DNA of 64,000 bases from Antedon mediterranea (taxonomy: Eukaryota > Animalia > Echinodermata). Of the stretch, positions 12,201 through 24,462 are shown one piece after another. Position 1 is the first letter of the stretch, and the number at the start of each line of letters is the position of its first letter. The position numbers and the translations under genes were made by a program. The DNA lies in the NCBI RefSeq assembly GCF_964355755.1, contig NC_092679.1:16909432-16973431 (forward strand), in the 5' to 3' direction. The notes beneath the pieces are model-generated. The model worked only from the letters and a program-made list of their open reading frames with translations. It was not told the DNA's origin and made no database searches.

Positions 12201-15200
12201 AAAAAATCCCTGTACTATAGTACAGGGAAATTTTCGAAAATATGCCAATTTGCGACCCTTTTATTTTTTGACATAAATGGTTACTATAGCATAATAAACA
12301 TGCGCAGAGTCGAATAATAGGTTCTGCGCATGTCAATTATGCTATGGTCAAACGTTTTTTTATATAAATGGTTACTATAGCATAATAAACAGGCGCAGAG
12401 TCAAATAATAGGTTCTGCGCATGTCAATTATGCAATAGTAACCAGTTATATCGAAAAATAAAAAGGTCGAAATTTCGATATATTTTGAAAAAATCCCTGT
12501 ACTATAGTACAGGGAAATTTTCGAAAAAATGCCAATTTTTTACCCTTTTATTTTTTGACATAAATGGTTACTATAGCATAATAAACATGCGCAGAGTAGA
12601 ATAATGGGTTCTGCGCATATCAATTATGCTATAGTAAACAGATTTTCGATATAAATGGTTACTATAGCATAATAAACATGCGCAGTGTCGAATAATAGGT
12701 TCTGCGCATGTCAATTATGCTATAGTAACCAGTTATATCGAAAAATAAAAAGGTCGAAATTTCGACATTTTTTGAAAAAATCCCTGAACTATAGTACAGG
12801 GAAATTTTCGAAAAAAATGTCAATTTTCGACCCTTTTATTTTGTGACATAAATGGTTACTATAGCATAATAAACATGCGCAGAGTCGAATAATAGGTTCT
12901 GCGCATGTCAATCATGCAGTTATATCGAAAAATAAAAAGGTCGAAATTTCGACATTTTTTGAAAAAATCCCTGAACTATAGTACAGGGAAATTTTCAAAA
13001 ATATGCCAATTTGCGACCCTTTTATTTTTTTGACATAAATGGTTACTATAGCATAATAAACATGCGCAGAGTCGAATAATAGGTTCTGCGCATGTCAATT
13101 ATGCTATGGTCAAACGTTTTTTTATATAAATCGTTACTATAGCATAATAAACATGCGCAGAGTCAAATAATAGGTTCTGCGCATGTCAATTATGCAATAG
13201 TAACCAGTTATATCGAAAAATAAAAAGGTCGAAATTTCGATATACTTTGAAAAAATCCCTGTACTATAGTACAGGGAAATTTTCGAAAAAATGCCAATTT
13301 TTTCCCCTTTTATTTTTTGACATAAATGGTTACTATAGCATAATAAGCATGCGCAGAATCGAATAATGGGTTCTGCACATATCAATTATGCTATAGTAAA
13401 CAGATTTTCGATATAAATGGTTACTATAGCATAATAAACATGCGCAGTGTCGAATAATAGGTTCTGCGCATGTCAATTATGCTATAGTAACCAGTTATAT
13501 CGAAAAATAAAAAGGTCGAAATTTCGACATTTTTTGAAAAAATCCCTGAACTATAGTACAGGGAAATTTTCGAAAATATGCCAATTTGCGACCCTTTTAT
13601 TTTTTTGACATAAATGGTTACTATAGCATAATAAACATGCGCAGAGTCGAATAATAGGTTCTGCGCATGTCATTTATGCTATAGTAAACAGATTTTCGAT
13701 ATAAATGGTTACTATAGCATAATAAACATGCGCAGAGTCGAATAATAGGTTCTGCGCATGTCAATCATGCTATAGTAACCAGTTATATCGAAAAATAAAA
13801 AGGTCGAAATTTCGACATTTTTTGAAAAAATCCCTGAACTATAGTACAGGGAAATTTTCGAAAAAATGCCAATTTTTGACCCTTTTATTTTTTGACATAA
13901 ATGGTTACTATAGCATAATAAACATGCGCAGAATCGAATAATGGGTTCTGCGCATATCAATTATGCTATAGTAAACAGATTTTCGATATAAATGGTTACT
14001 ATAGCATAATAAACATGCGCAGAGTCGAATAATAGGTTCTGCGCATGTCAATTATGCTATAGTAACCAGTTATATCGAAAAATAAAAAGGTCGAAATTTC
14101 GACATTTTTTTAAAAAATCCCTGAACTATAGTACAGGGAAATTTTCGAAAAAATGCCAATTTTCGACCCTTTTATTTTCTGACATAAATGGTTACTATAG
14201 CATAATAAACATGCGCAGAGTTGAATAATGGGTTCTGCGCATGTCAATTATGCTTTAGTAAACAGATTTTTGATATAAATGGTTACTGTAGCATAATAAA
14301 CATGCGCAGAGTCGAATAATAGGTTCTGCGAATGTCAATTATGCTATAGTAACCAGTTATATCGAAAAATAAAAAGGCCGAAATTTCGACATTTTTTGAA
14401 AAAATCCCTGTACTATAGTACAGGGAAATTTTCGAAAATATGCCAATTTGCGACCCTTTTATTTTTTGACATAAATGGTTACTATAGCATAATAAACATG
14501 CGCAGAGTCGAATAATAGGTTCTGCGCATGTCAATTATGCTATGGTCAAACGTTTTTTTATATAAATGGTTACTATAGCATAATAAACAGGCGCAGAGTC
14601 AAATAATAGGTTCTGCGCATGTCAATTATGCAATAGTAACCAGTTATATCGAAAAATAAAAAGGTCGAAATTTCGACATTTTTTGAAAAAATCCCTGAAC
14701 TATAGTACAGGGAAATTTTCGAAAAAATGCCAATTTGCGACCCTTTTATTTTTTGACATAAATGGTTACTATAGCATAATAAACATGCGCAGAATCGAAT
14801 AATGGGTTCTGCGCATATCAATTATGCTATAGTAAACAGATTTTCGATATAAATGGTTACTATAGCATAATAAACATGCGCAGAGTCGAATAATAGGTTC
14901 TGCGCATGTCAATTATGCTATAGTAACCAGTTATATCGAAAAATAAAAAGGTCGAAATTTCGACATTTTTTTAAAAAATCCCTGAACTATAGTACAGGGA
15001 AATTTTCGAAAAAATGCCAATTTTCGACCCTTTTATTTTCTGACATAAATGGTTACTATAGCATAATAAGCATGCGCAGAATCGAATAATGGGTTCTGCG
15101 CATATCAATTATGCTATAGTAAACAGATTTTCGATATAAATGGTTACTATAGCATAATAAACATGCGCAGTGTCGAATAATAGGTTCTGCGCATGTCAAT

Positions 15201-15805
15201 TATGCTATAGTAACCAGTTATATCGAAAAATAAAAAGGTCGAAATTTCGACATTTTTTGAAAAAATCCCTGAACTATATATATAGTACAGGGAAATTTTC
15301 GAAAAAATGCCAATTTTCGACCCTTTTATTTTCTGACATAAATGGTTACTATAGCATAATAAATATGCGCAGAGTCGAATAATAGGTTCTGCGCATGTCA
15401 ATTATGCTATAGTCAAACGTTTTTTTATATAAATGGTTACTATAGCATAATAAACATGCGCAGAGTCAAATAATAGGTTCTGCGCATGTCAATTATGCAA
15501 TAGTAGCCAGTTATATCAAAAAATAAAAAGGTCGAAATTTCGATATTTTTTAAAAAAATCCCTGTACTATAGTACAGGGAAATTTTCGAAAAAATGCCAA
15601 TTTTCGACCCTTTTATTTTCTGACATAAATGGTTACTATAGCATAATAAACATGCGCAGAGTTGAATAATGGGTTCTGCGCATATCAATTATGCTATAGT
15701 AAACAGATTTTCGATGTAAATGGTTACTATAGCATAATAAACATGCGCAGTGTCGAATAATAGGTTCTGCGCAGTGTCGAATAATAGGTTCTGCGCATGT
15801 CAATT
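9282..15805. repeat. ~6.5-kb satellite array; 287-bp unit composed of palindromic modules (A-B-A-linker)
   Basis: 21 intact B centres (CCCTGWACTATAGTACAGGG), mostly spaced 287-288 bp, plus 2 internally deleted B modules; roughly 45 A hairpins; 2198-bp higher-order duplication. Confidence 0.98.
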
Positions 15806-16836
15806 TCGTTGCTTTTCTGTCTTCACATTAAGGTGTAATTTTTTCTGTAGTTTCCACAAGGACATCTCTAATTTGTCCTGCAGCTGGTTAAAGTATTATG
15901 GAATCTTTTATCAATTCTTTGTTTTGTAATCTGGGTTTCGGCATGTCCATACTCTTCTTGGGTGTTGTCGGAACCGAGTATTGCTGATCATCAATTTATT
16001 AGTTTGCATCACTGGATACATATTTCACTTCATTGTTATGCTGTGCAGTCTTCTGCCAATAAAAATAGGAATTCACCACTCTATGTGGAAAATAGTACTG
16101 ATAGGGCACTTATTTATTTTTTATCATGTGAGCCACAATTGTCCAATCAAAATGACAGAAATTTATTTAGGTGTTATATAATACACACAATCCCTCCTTC
16201 ACCAACAATATCAGAACAATGGACAAGAATCTACATAGTTATGTTAAATACGGTAAACAAATTTTTTTTTTTAAACTTATTTTATTTTATGACATAACTC
16301 GTTACTATTGCACTATAAGAGGAACAACGTACAAATATGGAAATATCATCTTATAATATTGATATTTTGATAAGTGCATATATTGCTGTATATGAATGAC
16401 CATTCTCTCACAGGAATCCGTCAATTCATTTCATAACATTTGTTGATGACATTTTTCAGATTTTTTGAATGATCGCCATATAAGCTGTGTTCCCAAGAAC
16501 TAGAGCTGAGCGTTCATAGAACAAAGTTAGGCTGATCCGAATCACACCTCTCTTATACCTTTGTGTCGTTGACTCTAATCTACAACCAATTCCATAAAAG
16601 ATACATCTGACGTCACATGATGTGACTTCCCAATATACTGTAACTTCTAAACTCCTAATAAATATAAATCCCAACGTACAATGAAGACTAAAACTCCGAT
16701 AGATCGCAATATAACCACGATAAAGAAATTAGTGTTCAAACATAGTATAGCAGTAAGAATAATAGTTCATCCTTACTATATAATATAGAGGGCCTACTGG
16801 TCTGGTTAGTTAATTCATCAAACATCACAATCTTTT

Positions 16837-19800
16837 TCATTGATATGCTTCAAAGAGCTCTAAAATCTGTTTGTTGTCAGCAGCTACAGCAAGAGATAAA
16901 GGCGAGTGTCCATTTCCGTCTTTAGCCTTAATGTCAGCACCCCGTTCTATCAAGTACTCAATACATTCAATTTTTTTTAATGTGACCGCCTGCAAAAAGG
17001 AACAATTTTACATCAAGATACCCTAACATCGAAAAACGAATTATCTTTTTTATTCAAATAAATGCCCTTTCTATTTATAACTCTCTTGATTTATGCAAAA
17101 CAAATGTATTCAATTAGGAATTGTTCAAAAGGAAATGAAAATTATTCATACCACATGAAGAGCAGTCCTCCCGGTGTAATCACTACATTTGAAGTCCACT
17201 TCAGCCAGAGCAAACGCCTCTAGGCCAGCAACATCTCCAAGTTCTACAGCACTAGAGAGTAAAATAGAAATTGCAATCATCATACATATATTTACATTCT
17301 TTCTTTATCACTTGATCATGTGATCAACCATTTCAGCTAGTATAGATGGTAAATGGTTAAGCTACCTTATAATATAATGCAAATAATGAATGTGCAACGG
17401 TACAAATAATTTCATGAAGAAAAATGTGAATGAAATCGTTTTTTACAAAATGAAATTATTTGTTTTATAACACACCCAAATGGTTGTTGCTAATTGAATG
17501 AACACACAATATAACAAAATTCAATGCAATTTATATTAGTGTGAAAGGAACTTTACCTGCACAATAAAGATGCAAGTTCTTTAGTTGTTTCCCGTATGAA
17601 GTGACCTCCTGTCTTTTTGATTAGTTTAATGACTTCAAAATGTCTGTAAAAAAACAAAATTATTGTAAAATGTATTGAACCAATACACCTGATTCTCTGT
17701 ACTGTATCTCCACATATGGATTTATCTGTGCAGTATCATAGGCAAATATGTAATACAGTGTCACATGTTTCACAAGAGGAGCCTTTATTATGTTATGTTA
17801 GGGTTAGGTTAGATACAGTATGAGGAGTTGGCTAAAAATGTATATATGGAATCTCAAAAAGGGAGATCTTTGCCAATTTGTAAATTGATAGATTTACCTG
17901 CATCTAATGCTCTCCATAAATGGTGTGTTGCCATAACGATCTCTATCATAAATTGACGTTCCATTTTCCAACAGATATCTCACAACATCTATGTGACCTT
18001 CGGCCGCTGCTAGGTGTAATGGTGACCTCTGGTCATAATCACAGAGACTTAAATTGCCACCCTAAAAAGAACAATGATTGTGAAGACTTTTCATAAATAC
18101 ACTTGACCAAAGTGGATTGAGGACATGCATCTTTTGAGGTGTCAAAATGCACCTTCAATGTTTTAGTGTGTAAAACAATAATGATATTTAATGTATGACT
18201 ACAGTAACAACTTTGTTTGTGACACCCCTCTTCACACCTACTGTAAGGGGTGATAAGAACAAGCTATATACAAAGTGGCTTTTTTCTCCACTCCAAAAGA
18301 TAGATCTTGTGTATATGTTTACCAGGATTGCCACCTTTGAGAAGGATAGTGAATGAATTCGGAAACAAACAACAAAATATATGTTTTAAAACCAAGGACA
18401 TCCTTGTTTGATTACTAAAAGTGTCCCTTAATAGCGTTCTACTGGTTCTATTATATAATTCTTTTTACTATATGTTATAGAAATTCATTTATTCTTCATG
18501 ACTGCAATAGTAAAGAATAACAATTAGTTACAGTAAATTACCTTTCCAATACAGTATATTATCCATTCATTCATCCCCAAATTAAAAAAAAGCTCTGTCT
18601 ACACTATCAAACTAATTTGACAAAAAGGCCAAATATGGTAATGATATGACATCATTGTGTTCATATATGGGCACATCACATTTTTTTGTCTTTGATAGTG
18701 TAGACAGAGCTTTACAGATCATTGAGTTCCGAAGTGCTCAACTTCTGTAATCCCATTAAATGTAAATTAATATTATTATGCTTTAGGAATTGAAGATTGA
18801 ATTGCGTCCATCAGCTGAGCTTTGATCAATATATTAGTACGAGTTGGGAATTTCATATTAATTATTATTCCTAACGTCATTTGGCAAGTAGTCTGTGACG
18901 TCAAAATGAAAACATGGATAATAGTAGAAAATTAAGTTCTTTATATGAGAGGCTCAATCTCTGTTTTGCCAGACAAGATTAATCAGTTACTGAAAATGTT
19001 TATTATCAAACACTCACAAACTTTCATTTTTATTTTGACACATAATTTTGAAACAAAAAATTTAAATCTTACAAATGGTATCTGCTTTATACTGAAAACA
19101 TGCTATTTCATTAAACAACAATTGATTGAAATATATATTTATACTAAGTAACCTCTTCAGTCAAAGACTGGTCTCCCAGAGGGCCCAGATATGATCAGTG
19201 GCTGTGATGCACTAATACTCGTCTCGAAAGATGTACTAGGTTCTTTAAAGTGCACACAAGCTAGATGTGTACACTGGACCTACGGTTTATAGTCCTTATC
19301 CGAGAAGACTCGTTCTACCTCTAGAACCATGGAGTGAGTGAGCCTTGAACTCCTGTCGATGTTATGGCTACGTAATTACGGTTCCACCGTCTTACTGTAA
19401 CCGATCGGCCACTCACTCACAATAACAATAATACAGCACAGCAGAACCTTCAACGCAACAATGCAAAGTGCATAATCATAAAGTGGGAACCGATAACGCA
19501 ACCATGCGGCAAACATCGTTTTGATTTCTTGCTCGCGGGGGAAACAATTATTGGAAGGGCATTTTCATCCTTTGCGTAGGTTATGTTACATTGCGTCTCT
19601 AGTGAGAACCAAGCTTTAAGGGGACAATTTTTACCACTACATCCATCCTCTATTCAGAGAAACACCCTTATGAAAGAGGATACATTGTTGAGCCCTGAAG
19701 ATGTCCCCTTAATAGGTGTTCTACTGTATTGTTTAATAGAAATATTCCTCATACACACCATTGACTTATAATATTTTAGAGAGTTAAGATCACCATTCTT

Positions 19801-22800
19801 AGCAGAGGCACACATCAACAATGGCAACAAGGCAGTGCTAACAGACTTTACTTCCTGAGTAAAAAAAATAAAATAAGAAATTAGAAATACTGTACAAAAA
19901 AAGTGCAGACTAGAAATTACAGTATAATAAAACAGAATCTATGATAGTTTGTTTTATAAGATCATAATAATACAAATTTAAACTATGGTCATAAAGATGT
20001 ATTGTTCTCTCTCAAAAACATGAAAAATAAAAATTAATACAATCAGACATTGAATATGCCATTTTGCAGTTTTAGTTATTTGCTTCCATAGAAAAATAAT
20101 TTCAATTATAAAAATATGAAAATAAACGGTTGTAATTCGAAAACATTGTTTGACAATTCTTTGTTTTAAATGAGAGGTATTTTTTTTTTAGGTAAATATT
20201 TTATTTTTTGTCCCAATTATTATGTGAAAATGGTATATTCAACAAAGACATTTTTTGAATACATTTTTCAAGGAGATAATATATCTTTAAAATAAATTTA
20301 CCCGACTGTTTGAAATGTTGAGAGTTTGAACAATGGCTTGGATGAATTTGGAGTCTTCAAGGGAGAATTTCTTTACCTCTTCTTCAGCAAAGACACGAAT
20401 CTCACCTCGTAAGTTGCTTTGCAACATCTCCAACTGCTGTTGTCGCGTCAAACCAGGCTTTCCGAGAACGTAGCCAAGCTTAGCCAGGGCTGCTTCAGGG
20501 TTGATGTCAGCGCCTGGTATCACACCAGCATCCATCAGAGCCTACGATGGTAAAGACACAGAAATATGAGTATTTTCAATAGAGCTTCAGGAATGAAAAA
20601 AAATTGTCCCCTCAATAGGTGTTGAATAGAATAGGGTTGGCTGTAGTGTTATTGAATATATTTCCCTTCACAAAAAAGTGTCCCCATAATAGGGGTTTTC
20701 CATGAGTAAGGGTGTTCTAAAAGGGAGGTTCTACTGTATTGTAAAGCTCTATCTACAGGGGTCCTACTATATTATTATTATTATATTATTATACTAATAA
20801 AACATACCTTTCCAGTTTCATATGAATTGGAAACAACTCCTTTTATACACTGCGTGCAATTCAAGATCAACACGCCTCTGTCTGCTGCCTCCTTGAATTC
20901 TGTCATGAGGTCCTTTCGATCGCTAGGGCCATTACCAGCTCCGTATGTTTGCAGAACCACGCCCTGCATCGGGTGCTGTAGGAATGATCTGACCTGCAGT
21001 GTGAATACAATATTTAAATTTATATGAAAAGAATATTAAATATCAATATATGTTTAACACTACAGGCAACTGCCAATTAGGAGGCATCACCAGTGGCGTA
21101 ACGCAGAGGCCCCCTGCTGGAGATCTCGGATGTTTTTAGCCCTTTTTATTGTTTGTTTTAATGCCTGGGGGCCCCTGGGTGGGGGGTTAGCCAGTGAGAG
21201 CTCATAGCCCTTACACTACTGAGCATCACTATTAAAGGATTGGGTTTTGAAAGTTTCCCCTTTTACTGTAAAGATACTAGAATACCCATTTTAAATATTT
21301 TGGCCCATTTTAACTGAGTAAAATGAAGTCTTAATTCAATATTGACCTGTTTTTTATTTTACTTTTGAAAGGAAACCCTTTGTCTCCATGTTACTGGATT
21401 ATTGGATTACTATTGAGATCAAGTTGTTGGGATGTCTTTTAAAACAACTGCTAAAAATAAATTATATTATACTTTATGAAACCTTGAAATTACACAGTTC
21501 TTTTTATACCATTTGTCCAAGGAAATACTTAACTCTCAATTTGTAGGTTGGTTACAAATTTGTACAATATAATTTATATTATTTTTCCTTTCAACAAGTC
21601 ATATCAAGACTATTAAAATTAATGCTATGACTTCAAGCGTTTATACCTAATAGTTACATTTTATTAACATGCAAACTAACATATTATGAATATTATCTAG
21701 GTTATTATAAAAATTGAAGGGTAACAAAACTAGTGTTTAAGTTTAAGTTGTCTGTTGGCAAAGAATTATAATACAAGTAAATTATATGGAATCTAGATAC
21801 GAGGCCCTTAACATATCATCTCTGTTAAGTCATGCTTTGCATGCAATTTAATTGGGTGATTTAAAAGTGGTCCAATCATAGGGTGACAGCAGATAAAGTA
21901 CAAGACCTAAGTTCAACTCTTTTCATCTTTGAAATGTACACAATAATTTATTCAAAACAGATGGTTTTATGAATATAATAATAATAAATAATAGATTAAA
22001 TATTAATTAGCGTGTAACTCACTGTTTGTACTGTTATACCTGGAAACAACCTGAGGAGGCCTACATTACAGTTTAAGTGGGTATGAACTGTAAACTTCTC
22101 CGTCGACTTACTGCGGAATATACTATCCCAGTCAACTGAACAGAAAACATAAAAGAATTTTAAATTTTCAGATCCTAAAAACATGTCTGAAAAGGTATAG
22201 AAGGCCCCTGTTATTGCAAACCCATAAAAAGTGTTTGGTTATAAAATATAAAGTTAATGTGAACTCTGACCTTCCAGGGTAGTAGCCACAAGGACAGTTG
22301 GTAAGGGATCAACCTGACCACCATTTTTTTTCACAACCACTGTACCTACCCCGGAAAACTTAGCAAACCTTTTTCGGCAAACTTGCTCTAGTTTGCGCAA
22401 TAAAACCTCTTCTGAGCAACACACAAATCTCATGTTACGTTAATAAAACATTCAGATCACATATTCACCTATTACGTCAACTTCCATCCTGGCAAGGGGG
22501 TCAAGGTTCGGCGAATCAAATGCATCAAATTGGTTGTTGACTAGCTTCGTTACTCGATTCCCTCTGAACAATTTCTTGTCAAAAAATAATGATACCTAAA
22601 AAATACAACAAAACTAGAATAATAACTGCAATATATTACTTTGATAATGCATACAGTTGGATTACAGTAAACAATAGTGTATCTAGGAGGGAGGAGGTGG
22701 AAGCCCCTGATCTAACAAAAACAAAGTGTTCAAGGTACTTCTTGGTTTGGCATTGTATTTTTCAAGCCCATATATCTGCAGGAAGGCAACCTCTCCCTAA

Positions 22801-24462
22801 TGCAAAACAATTTATCTCATATTATCTAAGACTGTGAATAAAAAATACACCAAATTCACACTAACTTCTGGAATGACATAATGGCCAGCAAGATACAGCG
22901 CCCCCAGCAAGTTCTCCCTCCCGTCACTACGGATTTCTTCCAACGGCACTTGAGAACCAGTAAAGATGACTGGTTTGCCAAGGTTCTCACACATGAATGA
23001 CAGAGCAGAAGACGTGTATGCCATCGTGTCAGTACCGTGGATGATCACAAAGCCATCAAATTTCTCGTAATTCTCTTTTATGTCCTCGGCCAAAGTTCTC
23101 CAATCTTCAATACTGATGTTGCAAGAATCTTTAGGTTCCGGATATTCAAATATACAGTACAGTATACGTCTATTATGGCTACACAATCTGAAATAGAGAT
23201 TTGAATTGCTAAATAGCTTCATAGGCAGGTGGTGTACGGAAATAAATAAAACAATTAATAATAATTATACAACTGCTGTATGGCTTAACCTGCTGGATTA
23301 TAATTGCTGGCAGATAACTTATGTTACTACATTAAAATTATGTCTCTTTCTTTTATGGTATTCTCAAAATTATTGACTATTTTATGTTTGGCAGTATACA
23401 CAGGCCTTGTCTTTTGAAAAATATATATATATATATTGCACTCCTCAATACATTCAGGGATGCTGTAGGTGTGCTGTTTGTATTTTGGTGTGTAGAAGTT
23501 TACCAAATTTAAGTATGTTGTAAATCGCACTCCTCAAGGGCAGTATAGGAGTGTGTTAGGTGAGTGATCGCACTCGCTCAACTTAAAAGACAAGGCCTGT
23601 ATACATACGGTTAGGATGAATATTAATTTACTAAACAATTAAAAAAAATTAAGATAATTAAATTAAAAAACATTTTTTTAAATATTTCAAATACAGAGAA
23701 CAATGGTGTATAACATACGGCAGAACAAAAGTTTCTCCCAGGGCCTCGTCATATTCTTTGAGTTTATTGGCATATTCCTTATCATGTAAATTTGGGTTTC
23801 TTCGCACTGCCTGGCTGAAATAGTCTTTCTGTGGTGTGTATACTAAAAAAAAGTAAACCTCATTATAAAATTCAACTCATGTTTCCAGCTATAAAATTGT
23901 TTTACATAACATTGTAACAATACATTTCAGTTTACAATGGATTTGAAAGTGAAGCATTTAAAATCGGTTGCTTTTTACTTGGGTCACAATACAAAGAACT
24001 CTGGTATTTTGTATTTATATCGGTAGCATTTAAAATCAGTTGCGCTATTTTGAATGGGGCGTTAGGTACATAAATCCTTTCCATACAACCAAGTGATTAG
24101 GCTTAAGTCCTTTTCCCTTAAAAAAGTGGTGATGCAACTTCAGAACATAACTCACAGGGAAACCCAACACTGAGTGTTAGAAACATGACATGGTATTATT
24201 AGGCCTACTATCTATAAAAATAATGCTAGGTCCTACTAACTCTAGGCCTAGACTAAACAAGCCTACCTCCATCAACCCTGGCCATCCCCAGTGTACCACC
24301 GGTAAACATGACCAGTATTCTGGATTCAGATGATTCGACGCTATCCTGCGAACTGATTTTTCTCAGTTTATCACTTAGCTTCGGATCCAATAAGGGTTGT
24401 AAACTTGGATTCAACTTCATTGATATATCTGAACTACACCGTCGAATAGGCCTACAAGACAT
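16837..24462 (-). CDS. ASPG: L-asparaginase / 60-kDa lysophospholipase with C-terminal ankyrin repeats (complete, 635 aa)
   Basis: Exons on the minus strand: 24462-24267, 23842-23719, 23187-22866, 22595-22469, 22135-22023, 20993-20808, 20541-20302, 19854-19759, 18061-17898, 17643-17557, 17251-17152, 16989-16837 (TGA); total 1908 nt, in frame. Type I asparaginase motifs FTGGTLGM, HGTDTMAY, KPVIFTGSQ, RGNRVTK, GVVLQTYGAGN; ankyrin repeats (DYDQRSPLHLAAAEGH, DYTGRTALHVAV, DGNGHSPLSLAV). Confidence 0.95.
18591..18711. mobile_element. Harbinger-like MITE
   Basis: TIR AGCTCTGTCTACACTATCAAA / TTTGATAGTGTAGACAGAGCT; same family as 38676-38806. Confidence 0.85.
19185..19418 (-). mobile_element. tRNA-headed Deu/Nin-like SINE, 3'-truncated
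   Basis: Minus strand: GTGGCCGATCGGTT..GAGTTCAAGGCTC head, then TCTCGGATAAGGACTATAAACCGTAGGTCC..GCACTTTAAAGAACC core; paralogous to 4248-4996. Confidence 0.75.
19992..20290 (-). mobile_element. Kolobok-like MITE, diverged copy
   Basis: TAAAGATGTATTGTTCTC ... GGAGATAATATATCTTTAA; interior similar to the 7571 copy. Confidence 0.7.
21091..21221. mobile_element. hAT-like MITE
   Basis: Termini CAGTGGCGTAA / TTACACTACTG; 8-bp target-site duplication GGCATCAC / AGCATCAC (7 of 8 match). Confidence 0.75.
23401..23599. mobile_element. MITE with CAGGCCTTGTCTTTT TIRs and 6-bp target-site duplication
   Basis: Perfect 15-bp TIR; flanked by TATACA on both sides; second copy inverted at 46193-46362. Confidence 0.85.

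Noticed and set aside
9562-15688. Family of ~82-aa Cys-containing ORFs (MTCAEPIIRLCACLLCYSNH...)
   Set aside because: They are translations of the satellite unit, mostly with non-ATG starts, broken by indels in many units, with no recognisable domain.
9282-15805. CRISPR-like or integron attC-like array (palindromic repeat with intervening segments)
   Set aside because: The intervening segments are only a few recurring types (module B and short linkers), not unique spacers or cassettes; repeats are ~90 bp; no cas or integrase gene; eukaryotic context.
15806-15995. Coding-looking minus-strand stretch next to the array (DDQQYSVPTTPKKSMDMPKPRL...)
   Set aside because: Two in-frame stops, no recognisable family and no clear splice sites.
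16800-16839. Selenocysteine or read-through at the ASPG TGA
   Set aside because: The TGA follows a complete final ankyrin repeat, another stop comes four codons later, and no SECIS-like element was seen.
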